A stretch of DNA of 64,000 nt, from the NCBI GenBank assembly GCA_028023455.1, contig JAQFVV010000005.1:11842001-11906000 (forward strand), read 5' to 3'. A program made the translations under genes and the position numbers. Positions 63,571 through 64,000 of this stretch are shown here, piece after piece; position 1 is the first letter of the stretch; each line of letters starts with the position of its first letter. The DNA comes from Epiperipatus broadwayi. Lineage: Eukaryota > Animalia > Onychophora. The notes under the pieces are model-generated. The model was not told the DNA's origin. It saw nothing but the letters and a program-made list of their open reading frames with translations, and ran no database searches.

Positions 63571-64000
63571 AATATATACAATAGACTACTCTGATTTAAA
63601 AATCATAGAATAAAACAGAAAATAAATGTGATTGATATCTTAGTAGGAAATTGCGGACAATACGTATCTACATTACATCGCATCGCGTCAAAAAAAGTAA
63701 TTTTTTGTACTTCATCTGGCCGCTACAAATCCTATTTTTTAAAGTATATAAAAGAAAATAAAGGTAACCAATAATTTTAGGTAAGAACCAATTATGTTAA
63801 TAATGCTTGAGCTAATCCTTGTTTAATTTATACTGTATTTTATAGTTTATTTAATCTGGTTAAACTAACGTTACGTTGAGAAGCAGCTTTACGCAAGTTA
63901 TTGCTGTACAATATTTATTTTTAAAGATTACTTAACTGTTTTAATTTTTTTTTATATATAAAATAACTTTATAATAGTCACCGCCCCCCCCCCCCCAAAT

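Overview
Very AT-rich eukaryotic genomic DNA, arthropod-like by its transposon content (host not identifiable from sequence). It is almost entirely mobile-element derived, and I found no intact host gene, only a frameshifted C2H2 zinc-finger array at ~13.0-13.7 kb. Main elements: (1) a full-length, ORF-intact RTE non-LTR retrotransposon (6725-10024, 11-bp TSD) whose first nucleotide is the predicted cleavage site of a well-formed HDV/CPEB3-like ribozyme, plus several decayed RTE copies; (2) a gag-only LTR element (29768-35194, minus) with ~1.7-kb LTRs, a PPT, a triplicated PBS and a tRNA-derived SINE in one LTR; (3) Merlin and hAT/Buster DNA transposons; (4) Penelope-like relics; (5) many small non-coding, TSD-flanked insertions carrying type I hammerhead ribozyme (HHR) motifs from at least five unrelated sequence families. 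One family has a 441-bp monomer found in tandem and inverted arrays, with the same two termini in all five copies. All RNA folds and alignments were done by eye; none was computed.
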